A program made the position numbers and the translations under genes. A stretch of DNA of 64,000 nt from Octopus sinensis (taxonomy: Eukaryota). Of this stretch, positions 47,909 through 61,305 are shown in pieces. Below the pieces are notes generated by a model. That model saw only the letters and a list, made by a program, of their open reading frames with translations, was not told where the DNA came from and made no database searches. The stretch covers positions 193,688,001-193,752,000 of the forward strand of contig NC_042997.1 of assembly GCF_006345805.1 (NCBI RefSeq). The letters run 5' to 3'. Positions within the stretch are counted from its first letter, which is position 1. Every line of letters begins with the position of its first letter.

Positions 47909-48513
47909 AACCAAAAGTCCCACGGAGCCAAATCTGGGGAGTAAGAAGCCTGACGGTGGTATGTTTTGCTTGACGAAGAATGCTTGGACGACGTGGGCGG
48001 AATGAGCGGGTGCGTTGTCATGGTGGAGTTGCCACTTCTCTGCTGCCCACAGGTCGGATCGTTTTCGTTGCACAGCTTCACGAAGGTGACGAAGAACCCC
48101 CAGGTAGTATTCTTTGTTAATAGTCTGGCCACAACGGGGCTCACTGTGCATTGAGGTGCAACCATCTTTGAACTAGTTGTACTACTCCTTTATTTGTGTT
48201 TTTCCCATAGCATCATCTCCAAAGGCCTACCGAATCTTCTCGATAGTCTGGGCTTGCGTATCACCAAGTTTTTGGCAGAATTTGATACAATATCTTTGCT
48301 CGGTCATCTTCACTGAAAAAAAAAGTCGCACACCACACGCTTCTTGTTTGTACTCAACGCGTCACTGCGGGCGAATGGTGCAATCTACACAACACGAAAA
48401 TTTTGCGCATGCTCAGGAAGGACGCGACCACCCAATACCCATGCAGATTTTGCTCACGCATTATAACTTTGTGCAAAAAAACTCATGGTCGGATACTTAC
48501 TGACTACACCTCA
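47909..48513 (-). pseudogene. Internally deleted mariner element
   Basis: TA|TGAGGTGTAGTCAGTAAGT terminus. ATG at 48307 gives MTEQRYCIKFCQKLG (HTH, with stops), fused to GQTINKEYY..LREAVQRKR..WQLHHDNAPAH and YSPDLAP.DFWL. Confidence 0.9.
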
Positions 48514-49429
48514 TATGTTATGGACTAAAGAAAAATAGTCTGTGAACTGCTCCAATAGAAAGCTAGAATACATGTCGGCAAATAATCTTATAATAATTCT
48601 GCTTCTTTCCCAGTTACTTACCCCGCCTGTAACGCTTTCACGTAATTAGTTGAAGGGAACGGCGACGAGTGAAAGAAAAAGAGGGTAAGGCGAAGAGTGA
48701 GAGAGAAAGAGGGAGAGTGCTATGTATTTCTATAAAATTGTGCATAAATTATATAAAGTGTATATATAAAGTACATTAAGTAATCATCGTATTCCAATTT
48801 TCTTCACTTTTCAATGACTAGCAGATGAGCGACTGTCTTTTGATAGACACAATACAGGCTACGCTTTCAGGCTTTTTGGAAAAGTTTTCAGAAATGACCC
48901 AATAGATTTACCATTAATTGCGTGAAACATTCACCGATCCCGCTAGTCTTTTTCACTATGGTCTACCGATATTCTATTAAGTCAAGTTTTGTAAGTTACC
49001 TGATCAAGGAAGTACGCTGACGTAAAACTGTCAGGTACCAAGTCCGGTCGAAACTGGAATACTGCATCGCCAAATAATTTGTAGTCTGACGGAAGTATAA
49101 TGTAAGTATAAGGTGCTGCAGTGTTCTTTCTGGGGAACTTAATCTACACCTGGGTCACTCTGAGGGATAGCTTGGATAGGCTTAAGTGAGCCATTGCACC
49201 CTACTTTTGCTATCCACGTTTATATGTGTATGTATATATATATGTGTGTGTGTGTATATCTATGTGCGTGTGCGTTTGTGCATGTGTGTGTATGTGTGTG
49301 TATATGCGTGTGTGCGAGTCTGTATGTGTGTATGTGCGAGTCTGAGTGTATGATTGTGCGTATGTGTATGTGCGTGTGTGTGAGTGTGTGCGTGTATGTG
49401 TGCTAGTTTCTGTGTGTGTGTTGTTGGCA

Positions 49430-51263
49430 TGGTTGCACTCGTTTTGGAACCACGTGGTTTCGGGTTCAGTCCCACTGCGTGGCACCTTGGGTAAGTATCT
49501 TCTACTATAGCCCTTGGGTCGACTAATGCCTTCTGAGCGAATTTAGTTGACGGAAACTGTGTAGAAGCCTGTTATACACCCTATCATATGTGTCTGTGTA
49601 CGTATATATGTGTGTGTGTGTGTGTGTGTTTCTCTCTCCCCCCACCACCACTTACCGCTAGGCATTCAGTGTTGGTTTCTTTACCTTCTCGTAACGTAGC
49701 GGTTCGGCAGCAAAATTGAATGAATAAGTACAAGGTGTTCAAAAAGTCTCTCCGCATACTGCGTCAGATTCTCCAAGACTGTATTACAAAACATGTGTGG
49801 AAGACTCAACTTATGTATTGAATATGAAGGACACTTTCCACACTTCTTATCAATTTTCTTTTTAAGGCGTAGGAGTTACTCTGTGGTAAGTAGCTTGTTT
49901 ACCAGCCACATTGTTCCGGGTTCAGTCCCACTGCGTGGCACCTTGGGCAAGTGTCTTCTACTATAGCCTCGGGCCGACCAAAGCCTTCTGAGTGGATTTG
50001 GTAGACGGAAACTGAAAGAAGCCCGTCGTATATATATATATATATATGTATATATGCGTGTGTGTGTTTGTCCCCCTAGCATTGCTTGACAACCGATGCT
50101 GGTGTGTTTATGTCCCCGTAACTTAGCGGTTCAGCAAAAGAGACCGATAGAATAAGTCCCGGGGTCGAGTTGCTCGACTAAAGGCGGTGCTCCAGCATGG
50201 CCGCAGTCAAATGACTGAAACAAGTAAAAGAGTAAATGAGTAAGAGTAAGTCTTCTAAAGTCTATTTACTCTTTTGTAGTCTTATACCATCTCATAAATA
50301 TTTATTTTGCAATAAACTCCTTACTGCGGAGAGACTTTTTGAACACCATGTACAAGTAAAAGAAAAAGAAATAAGAAAATACATGTGCCGGACTTGATCT
50401 GTTCGAGTAAAAAAATTCATAAGCATATTAATACAAAATATACCGTTACATACTGAGTATATGCAAAATGAAATATGAGCAATATCAACAATAGGAGCAG
50501 GAGTGACTGTGTGGTAAGAAACTCGCTTCCCAACCACATGGTTTCTGGTTCAGTTCCACTGCATAGCACCTTGGGCAAGTGTTTTCTACTATAGCCTCGG
50601 GCCGACCAAAGCCTTGTGAGTGGATTTGGCAGACAGAATCAAGCGATGCCTAAGCATGATTATTGTTTTTTTATAGTGAGGAAAGGATTTGCCCAAATCC
50701 AATCCCATTCTCTGAACATGGTCAGCATAAACTTGTGAAGAAAAATTAGTCTACATCATCGAATATTGTCAGTGTCGCAGGTTTTCTCTCAGAGTGTCCC
50801 TCTCCTAGAGAGATGTTGTGACAACAACAGAAGTGGGGTCTTCCACTCCGAGTGGGCCAACCGCGCGCCTGGGCACCAGCCCACTTATTTCCACGTCCCA
50901 GCAAATACATACATAATATACATAAGTACACATATTGTTGGATGGCCGTTGACTGCTCAGGAACCGTTTCGTCCTTTATATAGACGGGCTTCTTTTTAGT
51001 TACTTTCAGTTTCCGCCTACCAAATCCACACAGAAAAACACGCAAACACAGACGTATCTCTTTTACTCTTTTACTTGTTTCAGTCATTTTGACTGTGGCC
51101 ATGCTGGAGCACCGCCTTTAGTCGAGCAAATCGACCCCAGGACGTATTCAGTGTAAGCCTAGTACTTATTCTCTCGGTCTCTTTTGCCGAACCGCTAAGT
51201 TACGGGGACGTAAACACACCAGCATCGGTTGTCAAGCGATGCTGGGGGTACAAACAGACACAT

Positions 51264-51330
<67 letters not shown>

Positions 51331-51896
51331 CGACGGGCTTCTTTCAGTTTCCGTCTACCAAATCCACTCACAAGGCTTTGGTCGGCCCGAGGCTATAGTA
51401 GAATACACTTGCCCAAGGTGTCACGCAGTGGGACTGAACCCGGAACCATGTGGTTGGTAAGCAAGCTGCTTACCACGCAGCCACTCAGCCTAACTTACGC
51501 GCACGTCCATATAAATATACAAACACACACGAATACGCATAAAAACCAAAGCACCTCATACCATAAAAATAGACAACACAAACATCAAAGCCATTTGTCA
51601 TCTTCTGTAATATTCTTCACTAAACTCTTGGCCTCGATAAATTCAATAGAAATGCCACTCTAGTGATTCCTCTATATCGCTGACCATTCCTCATCTTCAG
51701 TTTCTTTCCTCTCCCGCCACCCCAGCCATTAATTTCCAATATTATTTCGCAGAATTTTACTTCGCAATGAGACATTTTCTTTCTCTTTATAGCATTTCTC
51801 ACCTCAATTATGAATAACAACATTTTCTTAAAATGAAGGCTTTCCGTTTTATTTTGTTCTCAATAAACATTGCAACGAGTCTGTCTGCGTGCGTGT

Positions 51897-51955
<59 letters not shown>

Positions 51956-52206
51956 TTTTACTTATTACAGTCATCAGACTGCGGCCATGCTAGGTCATCG
52001 TATTGAAAAAAGGTGTAGGAGTGGCTGTGTGGTAAGTAATTTGCTTACCAACCACATGATTCCGGGTTCAGTCCGACTGCGTGGCACCTTGGGCAAGTGT
52101 CTTCTACTATAGCTTCGGGCCGACCAAAGCCTTGTGAGTGGATTTGGTAGACGGAAATTGAAAGAAACCCGTTGTATATATGTATATATATATATTATAT
52201 ATATAT

Positions 52207-52289
<83 letters not shown>

Positions 52290-52942
52290 GTGTGGTGTGG
52301 TGTGTGTGTTTGTGTGTGTGTGTGTGTGTGTTTGTGTGTGTTTGTGTGTGTATATGTTTGTGTGTCTGTGTTTGTCCCCCCAACATCGCTTGACAACCGA
52401 TACTTGTGTGTTTACGTCCCCGTAACTTAGCGGTTCGACAAAAGAGACCGATAGAATAAATACTAGGTTTCCAAAGAATAAGTCCTAGGGTCGATTTGCT
52501 CAACTAAAGGCGGTGCTCCAGCATGGCCGCAGTCAAATGACTGAAACGAGTAAAAGAGTCAAAGAGTAAAAGAGAATGAACCACCACCAGTATTTATTTA
52601 TTTTAATTTTTAAAAGCCTGATACTTACTTTACCGATCAGTTTTGTCGAACCGCTAAGTTATGGGAATGTAAACACACTAGTGCACTTGTCAAGTGGTAG
52701 TGGGGTAGATCAAACAGACAGAAAGACACACACACTCATATACGTATATATAATGGGCTTCTCTCAGTTTCCGTCTATAAAATCTATTTACAAGGTTTTA
52801 GTCGACCCGAAGTTATAGTTGAAGATACTTTCTCAAGTGCCCGCAGTGGGACTGAATCCGGAACCATGTTGTTTGGAAGCAAACTTCTTACCACACAGCC
52901 ACACTTAACCCAATATTTTAATATTTAAGACGGGAAAATACA

Positions 52943-53028
<86 letters not shown>

Positions 53029-53253
53029 GTATGTTTGTGTGTGCGTGGCCCCAACATCGATTGACAACCGATGCTGGTGTGTTTACGTCCCCGTAACTTA
53101 GCAGTTCGACAAAAGAAACTGATAGAATAAGTACTAGGCTTACAAAGAATAAGTCCTGGGGTCGATTTGCTCGCTTAAAGGCGGAGCTCCAGCATGGCCG
53201 CAGTCAAAATGACTGAAACACGTAAGAGAGTAAAAAGTATATATATATATGTG

Positions 53254-53291
<38 letters not shown>

Positions 53292-53520
53292 TGTGTGTGT
53301 ATATGTTTGTGTATATGTTTGTGTGTCTGTGTTTGTTCCCCCAATACCGCTTGACAACTGATACTGGTGTATTTACATCCCGTAACTTAGCGGTTCGACA
53401 AAACAGACCGATAGAATAAGTACTAGGTTTCCAAAGAATAAGTCCTAGGGTCGATTTGCTCGACTAAATGCGGTGCTCCAGCATGGCCGCAGTCAAATGA
53501 CTGAAACGAGTAAAAGAGTC
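49430..53520. mobile_element. Dense SINE-A cluster (at least eight copies or fragments)
   Basis: Full copies at 49866-50245 (+), 51055-51487 (-), 52012-52575 (+); partial copies at ~49430, ~50497, ~52620 (-), ~53045, ~53320. Confidence 0.9.
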
Positions 53521-53669
53521 AAAACATATATATATATATACCGTCAGTACATAGAATGTGCCTTTTGCGGTTTTAAGAGTCCTTGGCTCTTGTTTCTAGC
53601 AATTTAGGTGCCTCCCCTGTACCCTCAGTCACTATTAGTGACAAGTGAAGTGAATTTTCCTTTTTGGTT

Positions 53670-54530
53670 TTACATGGTTTGGCAGATAAATTCGTTCGTT
53701 CCGTTTTTTCCATCAATTTTTTTATTAACATGAAAAATATTTTCATCGTAGTTTTATGCTTTTTCGATTTCGTTTTCTTTTTTTTTTTTTGTCGTTCTGT
53801 TCTTCCTTTCCAACTTTTATTTATCGTTTCAGACGTTTATCAATGGAGTGTCAAGCAGAAAAAAAAAATGTGAATTTTCGACATCTGCTTCTCTTTGCTT
53901 TCAATAAATTTTCCAAAGCTGCTAATGCTGCTCGAAACATTTGTGCGGTGTATAGAGGAGACGCTATCACTGTACAGAAATGACTTTCACGTTTCAAATA
54001 GAAGAAATTCGACCTCACTGACCCTCTGCGTGCCATCCAACCTGTTCAGTTTAATAAGGATTGATTGAACTAACTCCTCCACAAGGATTTGCGCCAATCT
54101 ACTAGGAAATTGGCGCAGCAGATGGGATGTTCTCGTGACACCATCACCCGTAGCCTTTAGTCGAAGGGTAAAGCATGGGTTCCACACTCTCAAAAACGAA
54201 AGCGACAAACTCCAACACAAACAGTCGCTAATTTGACCAAAAATGTTATTTAAGAGCGCCTTCAGAATGTTACAATTCTCGGTCACTATCCAACTCTTTG
54301 CAAGGTGTTTCGTTCAACAACTACATAAAACATGACTCGAATTCTTCGAGTCAAGACACTGTCAAGCTAGTAGAATGTTGGCAAGAAGTCGTGACTGAAC
54401 AATGAAGAAGAATATATTATTGACTGATTTGTTTAAATAGTTAATGAAAAATAAGGATTACAATAAATAGAAAAAGCGTTGATTAATATTATCTTCTTTC
54501 CCCACAGACTAATAATAGGTAAGGTATATA
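53670..54530 (+). pseudogene. Decayed, internally deleted mariner element
   Basis: ATG at 53843; FRHLLLFAFN..KAANAARNICAVY (HTH), STRKLAQQMG, WVPH at 54176, then a jump to the C-terminal CWQEVV..EEYIID*. Ends approximate. Confidence 0.8.
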
Positions 54531-54721
54531 TATATTTTAAAATGTGTTTATATAATTTTTAATTAATTCTAATGTACTTAATTTTATTGTACGATATGGT
54601 AGGCTTTAAAATGATTATATTATTAGAGTAGTATTTTGAAGATAATTTTCTATGTGTACTCCAGAAAATAAGATTGTCCTGAAATTGGAGTTGTAGTCCT
54701 ATTGGTAAAATCTCAAATTTG

Positions 54722-54804
<83 letters not shown>

Positions 54805-54808
<4 letters not shown>

Positions 54809-55062
54809 CCTCGTACTTATTCTATCGGTCCCTTTTGCCGAACCGCTTACTTACGGGGACGTAAACACACGGCATCGGTTGTCAAGCGACGTTGGGGGCA
54901 AAAACACAGACACACAAACATATACACATGCATACACATATATATGCATATATATATACATATATACGACGGGCTTCTTTCAGTTTCTGTCTACCAAATC
55001 CACTCACAAAGCTTTTGTCGGCCCGAGGCTATAGTAGAAGACACTTGCCCAAGGTGCCACGC
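54805..55062 (-). mobile_element. SINE-A, partial
   Basis: Body and internal microsatellite; head and tail ends missing. Confidence 0.85.
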
Positions 55063-55504
55063 TGTAGTAGTTTTATTGTTGTTGTTGTTCTGGTTGTGTC
55101 ACCGCAGAGCAACCTTCATCGAACAGACCTTATGGTTCGCCATGTCCACTCAGTATTTTATGGATGTATAAGAAAGAATTATCCAAGATGTTCTTCACCG
55201 ATTTTTAAGAGGGATTCTTTGGGGTTTGGAAAGTACATCTCTGCAAACACGGATGTTTCGTTCATAATTTAATGGGGATGGGCTACTTGACCTGAAGAAA
55301 ATTTTAATTGGACCCCACCTGCGAAATCAGGCGCTGTTTAACTTGAGCTCACCATGTCGTTCACATATGGTTGTGATGCATGTTCCTGGTGCATCCTTAT
55401 TAGGCGGGTATTCATGATGGATATACTGGGCTTTGTATATTTGTACTCCAGCCTCATTTTGATGGCGTGTGCTACTCTCTCACTCAATAACAATAATAAT
55501 AATA

Positions 55505-55893
55505 ACCCTTTCTGCTATAGGCACAAGGCCTGAAATTTTAGGGTAAGGAGCTAATCGATTAGGTCGACCCCAATACGCAACTGGTACTTAATTTATTGAC
55601 CCCCAAAAGACAAAGTCGACCTCGGCGGAATTTGAACTCAGAACGTAGCGGCAGACGAAATACCTATTTCTTTACTACCCACAATGAGCTAAACACAGAG
55701 GGGACAAATAAGGACAGATGAACGGATTAAGTCGATTACATCGACCCCAGTGCGTAACTGGTACTTATTTAATCGACCCCGAAAGGATGAAAGGCAAAGT
55801 CGACCTCGGCTGAATTTGAACTCAGAACGTAACGGCAGACGAAATACGGCTACGCATTTCGCCCGGCGTGCTAACGTTTCTGCCAGCTCGCCG
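55505..55893 (-). mobile_element. SINE-B dimer (head + T unit + U unit)
   Basis: Same junction GAAATA|GGTATTTCG at 55664/55665; U tail ends in (ATT)n. Confidence 0.95.
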
Positions 55894-57111
55894 ACTATAT
55901 GCTTTCGGCTATAGGCATACGGCCTGAAATTTGATAGGAGGGGGCTAGTTGATTACATCGACTTAGGGATCAGCTTGTTGCTAAATGGTTGAAGGAGAGT
56001 AAGATAGGAAAAGGAAGAAAGATAAGTAATAAGAATTTAGTAGTGTCGTACAACAGAAGTAAGTTTTTGAGAGGACATTGTAAGTGGGAGAATGTAAAAC
56101 AAAGGAAGATTGGAAGTGAGAGTCGACAGAGAGGGTGAGGAAGAGGAAAGGCGATCGTGAGAGAGGGAAAGAGAAAGAGGGCATGAGAGAAAGAGAGAGG
56201 TAGAAGGTGGAGCGAATCTATGAACAATAGTTGTTAATAATATTTGACTACGTATTCGTCAAGAATAATATAGTTCGAACGTTAAAATTAATTTGAAATT
56301 TAAATTAAGCAATTCGATTTGTAGCTTAGAGTTAGAATAAGCCAAAGCTTGTTTTACATAATTAAATATGTCACAGTTAACATTAATGTAGATACATACA
56401 TATTTAATGATTATATGTATTAAGGAATATTGGAAGTTTATATTAGCCATCACAGGAAAAGGAATTGTAGTTTTGTCTTAAAAATTTTCATGGCGTTAAG
56501 GGAGCAGAACGCTGTTAGTTTCTAAAATTATAACCTTTAGCATTTTCTGTCTCGTTGCTACAAATCGAAGTGGTTGATTTAAATTTCAAATTCATTTTAC
56601 CATTTCAGCAATAAGTACCATAGTTGCAGAATATATATGCAATTATTGATAATAGTCAAAATATTGAAATTCAAAGATGAAAACGCAAACCATTGTTCTT
56701 GCTTTGTTTCAGTTTTCTTCCACTTTACCCACTTTATATATTTATTTCTATATTTGTAATGTTATGTTATACTAAAACACATTGCTCTATCTAACAATGT
56801 TGGTTTATATTAAGCATTACACATACACACATGCGTGCGACCGCGTGTGTATGTTGAATAAAATGAGACAACAAAGCCAATGCTGTGTGAAATTTATAGG
56901 ACATTTATAAAGAGAAAATTAGTCTTACAGCTGTTTCTGGAATATTAGGGATATCCCTTCATCAGAGACGTTGTGAAATGGTTAATCAGAGGGAAACAGT
57001 AGAGTTCAAAATAAGGAGTTATTTTGGAAAAGGATGGGAATAAGAAGTATAAAGGGAAATAAGAGAATAAAAGTAAAAATAAAAATATATGTAGGATGTC
57101 ATAGTTGCAGT

Positions 57112-57147
<36 letters not shown>

Positions 57148-57157
57148 ATATATATAT

Positions 57158-57461
57158 AACAATTGCAGCGTGGAAGGTGTTTATAAGCCATTTAAGAAAC
57201 ACACAAAAGCCGTTCGATTCACTTCAACATTTAAGTTTAATTTGTCAAAATATTTTCGTCGCTAAAATCCGCAACCTGTTCACTGACAAAAATCCGTGCT
57301 GCATCTCGGATTTTGCTGCAGCACGGATTTTTATCAGTGAACAGGTTGCGGATTTTAGCGACGAAAATATTTTGACAAATTAAACTTAAATGTTGAAGTG
57401 AATCGAACGGCTTTTGTGTGTTTCTTAAATGCTTATAAACACCTTCCACGCTGCAATTGTT
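57158..57461. repeat. Near-perfect palindrome: 146/145-bp arms, 13-nt loop
   Basis: 57158-57303 is the reverse complement of 57317-57461, with one mismatch and one 1-bp indel. Confidence 0.97.
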
Positions 57462-57786
57462 TTCGTTTCAGCACACGATCTCAGATAAAATTACTCGCTA
57501 TGCGAGTACATCTCCGTAATATATATATATGCAGTGAGAGAGAGAGAGAGAGAGAGAGAGGTTGTGAGAGGTAATGGCGTCAGTGAGACCCAGAGGTGTC
57601 AGGTAATGCTGAATAAGTACTATGAATAGACCATAGTTAAGTTCCAGGTTCGGTAATTATGCGAATAAGGGGTCCAATAATTTTTTTTAGAAACAGCTGT
57701 AAGACCTATTTATAAATGTTCTAAAATCTACACTGCCTTAGTTTTTTTCTCAAAAAAAAAATTATATATATATATATATATGACGT

Positions 57787-58167
57787 GGCACTCCGACGGT
57801 TACGACAACGAGGGTTCCACGTGATCCGATCAACGGGACAGCCTGTTCGTGAAATTAACGTGCAAGTGGCTGAGCACTCCACAGACACGGGTACTCTTAA
57901 CGTAGTTCTCGGGGAGATTCAGCGTGACACAGAGTGCGACAAGGCTGGCCCATTGAAATACAGGTACAACAGAAACAGGAAGAAAGAATGAGAGAAAGTT
58001 GTGGTGAAAGAGTACAGCAGGGTTTGCCACCAACCCCTGCTGGAGACTTTTGGAGCTTTAAGGTGTTTGCGCTCAATAAACACTCACAACGCACGATCTG
58101 GGATTCGAACCCTCGATCCTACGACCGCGAGTTCGCTGCCCTAACCACTGGGTCATTGCGCCTCCAC
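57787..58167 (-). mobile_element. SINE family C, full length
   Basis: Intact tRNA-like head GGAGGCGCAATGACCCAGTGGTTAGGGC...GGTTCGAATCCC, body and shared tail. Confidence 0.92.
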
Positions 58168-58889
58168 ACACACACACACACATGTATTATGGTTAAGGCA
58201 GCGGGCTGGCACAATCATTAGTACTCCGAGTAAAATGCCTAACGACATTTTGTCCGTCTTTATGTCCTGGGTTTAAATGCCGCCGGTCTCGATAAAACGA
58301 GTACCAATTGAACACTGGGGTCGATGTAATCAACTTAGCCCCTCCCCCAAAATTGCTGGCCTTGTACCAAAATTTGAAATCAATATTATTATTATGCTTG
58401 TTGTTGTTAGACATCTTTCCTTGAAGTGTTTGAGTGTTTTGGGTGTTTAAAATAAACCATATTTTGGATTAATATGATTTGGAATTTTTGAATATCCACC
58501 CATTTTACACAGAAGGGAAAAAAATAATTGTTGGATATTGTCTATCTTGAAAATATTTTCTTAATTGTGTAACAACGTTTTGTTCCACGTCTGAGGAATA
58601 CGCCTCTCTAAATTTTACACAATTTTCCGAATTGTTTTTAAAAGAACACGAATTTAAGTAAAAAAAAATTATGTGGGGGGTGGAATGAGAAATAGAAAGA
58701 GAAAATGAAAATACCTGAACAAGCAAACTTAAACATTTGTAACCAAAGAACAAAAAAAAAAAACAAATAAATAAAACAATTTCACGAGTGGAACCAACAA
58801 CGAAGAGGTACATTGTTTTAGTAATGTTGCTCGCCAAAACGTAATTTTGAAAATGGGTTAACTCTCAGAAAAAAAAAAAATAATAAGGA

Positions 58890-59230
58890 CACTCTTGAAA
58901 TTGTCTGCTTCTCTGTTTCACGATCCTATGAAAGAAAGAGCTCGGTATAAATTGACATACGTTTGTATTATTATGTATTGGTGGAATGTGGGGCTCAGTT
59001 TTTCCCTGAAAGAAGTAGCTAAGAGAAACCCTGGCTGATTTACAGAATATTATGGCTTCCATTAATCGAGGAAGAGCGTATGGAAATATATTCCTGGTTT
59101 TCAAGACTAAGAAAGAGGATGACAGGCTGAATTGATGCCTCAAACACCGACACACCGGCTCGTAGCACAATATATGGTGTGCGGTTATATATGTATGGTA
59201 GGCTACAAGGGTCACAAGCAGGAACAATGT
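58890..59230 (+). pseudogene. Possible highly decayed Tx1-type ORF1 remnant
   Basis: Fragments LKLSASL, INRGRAYGNIFLVF and YMYGR/ATRV are collinear with ISLSASI, ARGRAYGTVDVRF and YRGRRTSRV of the 12321 ORF1; requires frameshifts. Confidence 0.45.
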
Positions 59231-60770
59231 CTATGGCTATGATATTTACTTTAGTTTGTTGTCAGTTTTACCGCGTAGTACGAGCGAGTGTCGAGGGGAC
59301 AAAAAAAAAAAACATATGGCCAGGTGCAATCTGCATTTACATGATAAGGGTTGAGAGGGATTTGCTATCCTCAGTTAATTTGCTGAAAGGTAGGTGAATG
59401 TGGGGAGGAAAGTCCAATGAGTGGGCTCATTCTAAGTTAACACCTGGATGCTGAGGACTAAGAGGGAGAGAGGAGCACCTGCCATGATACTCTTGATGAT
59501 TAAGGTGGTTCCGGATCTACAGCGTTCCTTGGTTGACCCTGGGGGGAGTTTTCTCCATATTTGGGAATTTGTTAAGAATTTTTTCTTAAATGTTATTGTT
59601 TCTTAATTGTTTACACGTTTTTTTTATTCAAGTGCTCATGGCCCTTTGTCTTTGTATTGTCCTAAGTTTTTCGCGGACTTTGTGATTAATAAAGGAACTA
59701 CTACCACTACTACTACTACACTACTACTACTACTACTACTACACTACTACTACTACTACTGCAGTTGTTCTTTTTTGCTCAAATGTTTTCGTTGTTGATG
59801 TTCATCTCAGTAGTAAGAAAACTTTTTGTGTTCTTCCTTGCGGATTGATTTTCTAAATTTTGTTTTTCAAAGAATTTGATCATTATTCTTTGTGTCGTGT
59901 CGCGTAAACTTGTTTACAAAGAAAGATGAGATTATATCTAACTTCTTTTTTGTTGTTGTTGTTGTTGTTTTGGCTCGTTTGGGGCAAAAAGAAAACAAAA
60001 AAACTTTAATTCAGCAAGCTAATATATTTTTTTTTGCCAACCGATTGGTATTTCAAATATGGCGACTATGACAACAATACACATCTCCACAAAAAAAAAA
60101 AACAGAGAAAAAATGAAGAAACAAAATTCAAACAAAATAATAGTGACATTTATGCTTTAAACAGGAAGAAGAGTTTTTCACCAGTAACTACATGTCGCGC
60201 CGTGACACACACAGTGTCAACTAAAATCCTAACGGAGAAAATATCTGCATTTTTCCCCCGTTGTCAGCAAAGCTAACAGAGAAATTTAGATTATGGACAT
60301 AGTTCAATCCAAAGAGCTGTGACAGAATTATGTCACGGGTCTTATTTATTCAAGGAAGTTCAAGACAGAGAAAAGGAATTACTGATATACTTCTACTTCA
60401 TGAAGGAAAGTGGCTTTCTCTGTGCCCTAGAGAGTTTAATGAAATATGCACTTGCCGATATGTGGACCATTAACCACATATCGGTCGATCTGACCTTCAA
60501 ACCGAAGGCACAGTGCAACTTTAGGTGGAGGTATTGAAACATCTGCCTATAGACTCGTATCTCAATACCGAAGCCAGTATAACGCGCGCGCACAAAAAGT
60601 AACAGTCAGGTACATTGGCTTTGTCATTGATAGCTGGCTTGTTGTCTCAGAAACGCAATATTGGCAAGTGCTATACGCAGAAGTGACAGGTAACATTTAC
60701 ACGCGAGGAATCTGTATGGTTTTGCAAGTCCTTATGATCTCCCAAAGCCAGAGGGTCTTTTCGGAGCTGT

Positions 60771-61305
60771 AATCTGTCATGGGCGCAAAGTCAATAGCGG
60801 TGAGACTGACGGAAAAAGACAGAAAACCTGGCAGTTTAACTTGTGGCAGTAAGAGCCACTTCTGGCAATGCAGGAGAGAGGGAGAGTGTTGTGTGGACGC
60901 CCCCAGACGATGAAGTTGGCTAGCCCGATACGTAGATATAGAGGGAGAAGTCTAGACGTCGTCAGAGCACAGTTGAGTAGCAGAGTAGAGTAGCAGTCGT
61001 AGTAGGAGAGCAAAGTGGAGTAGAGTTGAGTAGTAGAGGCATCCGAAAGTGCGGCATAACAGAGAGAAAGAGAGGGAGAGGGAAGGTAAGGAGATTATCC
61101 GACAGTAACAACAGCATAACTGGTCGAAGCTTTGAAAATGGGAAAGGAGATTCGTCCTCGGTCTCAAAAGTCTGGGTTGTGACAGTGAGTGATTTTGTGT
61201 CAGTCAGCTGAGTGACCTTTCTCTGGATGCAGTCAATAAAGACCGTGTGTGCTGCAGTACACCATCTCAGGTGTGTTACCTTCACTCAAGCTTTTCAGAA
61301 TATCA
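60771..61305 (+). mobile_element. Possible solo LTR-like element
   Basis: GC-richer purine-skewed block with AATAAA at 61235 about 65 nt before a CA end; flanked by the 5-bp direct repeat GCTGT (60766-60770, 61306-61310). The TG start is offset by 4 nt. Confidence 0.35.

Noticed and set aside
57787-58167. tRNA-like sequences (also 2428, 11179, 41847)
   Set aside because: They continue into SINE bodies and do not form complete cloverleafs, so they were not called tRNA genes.
60455-60484. 11-bp perfect stem CCGATATGTGG/CCACATATCGG
   Set aside because: Too short for a pre-miRNA and has no associated element termini.
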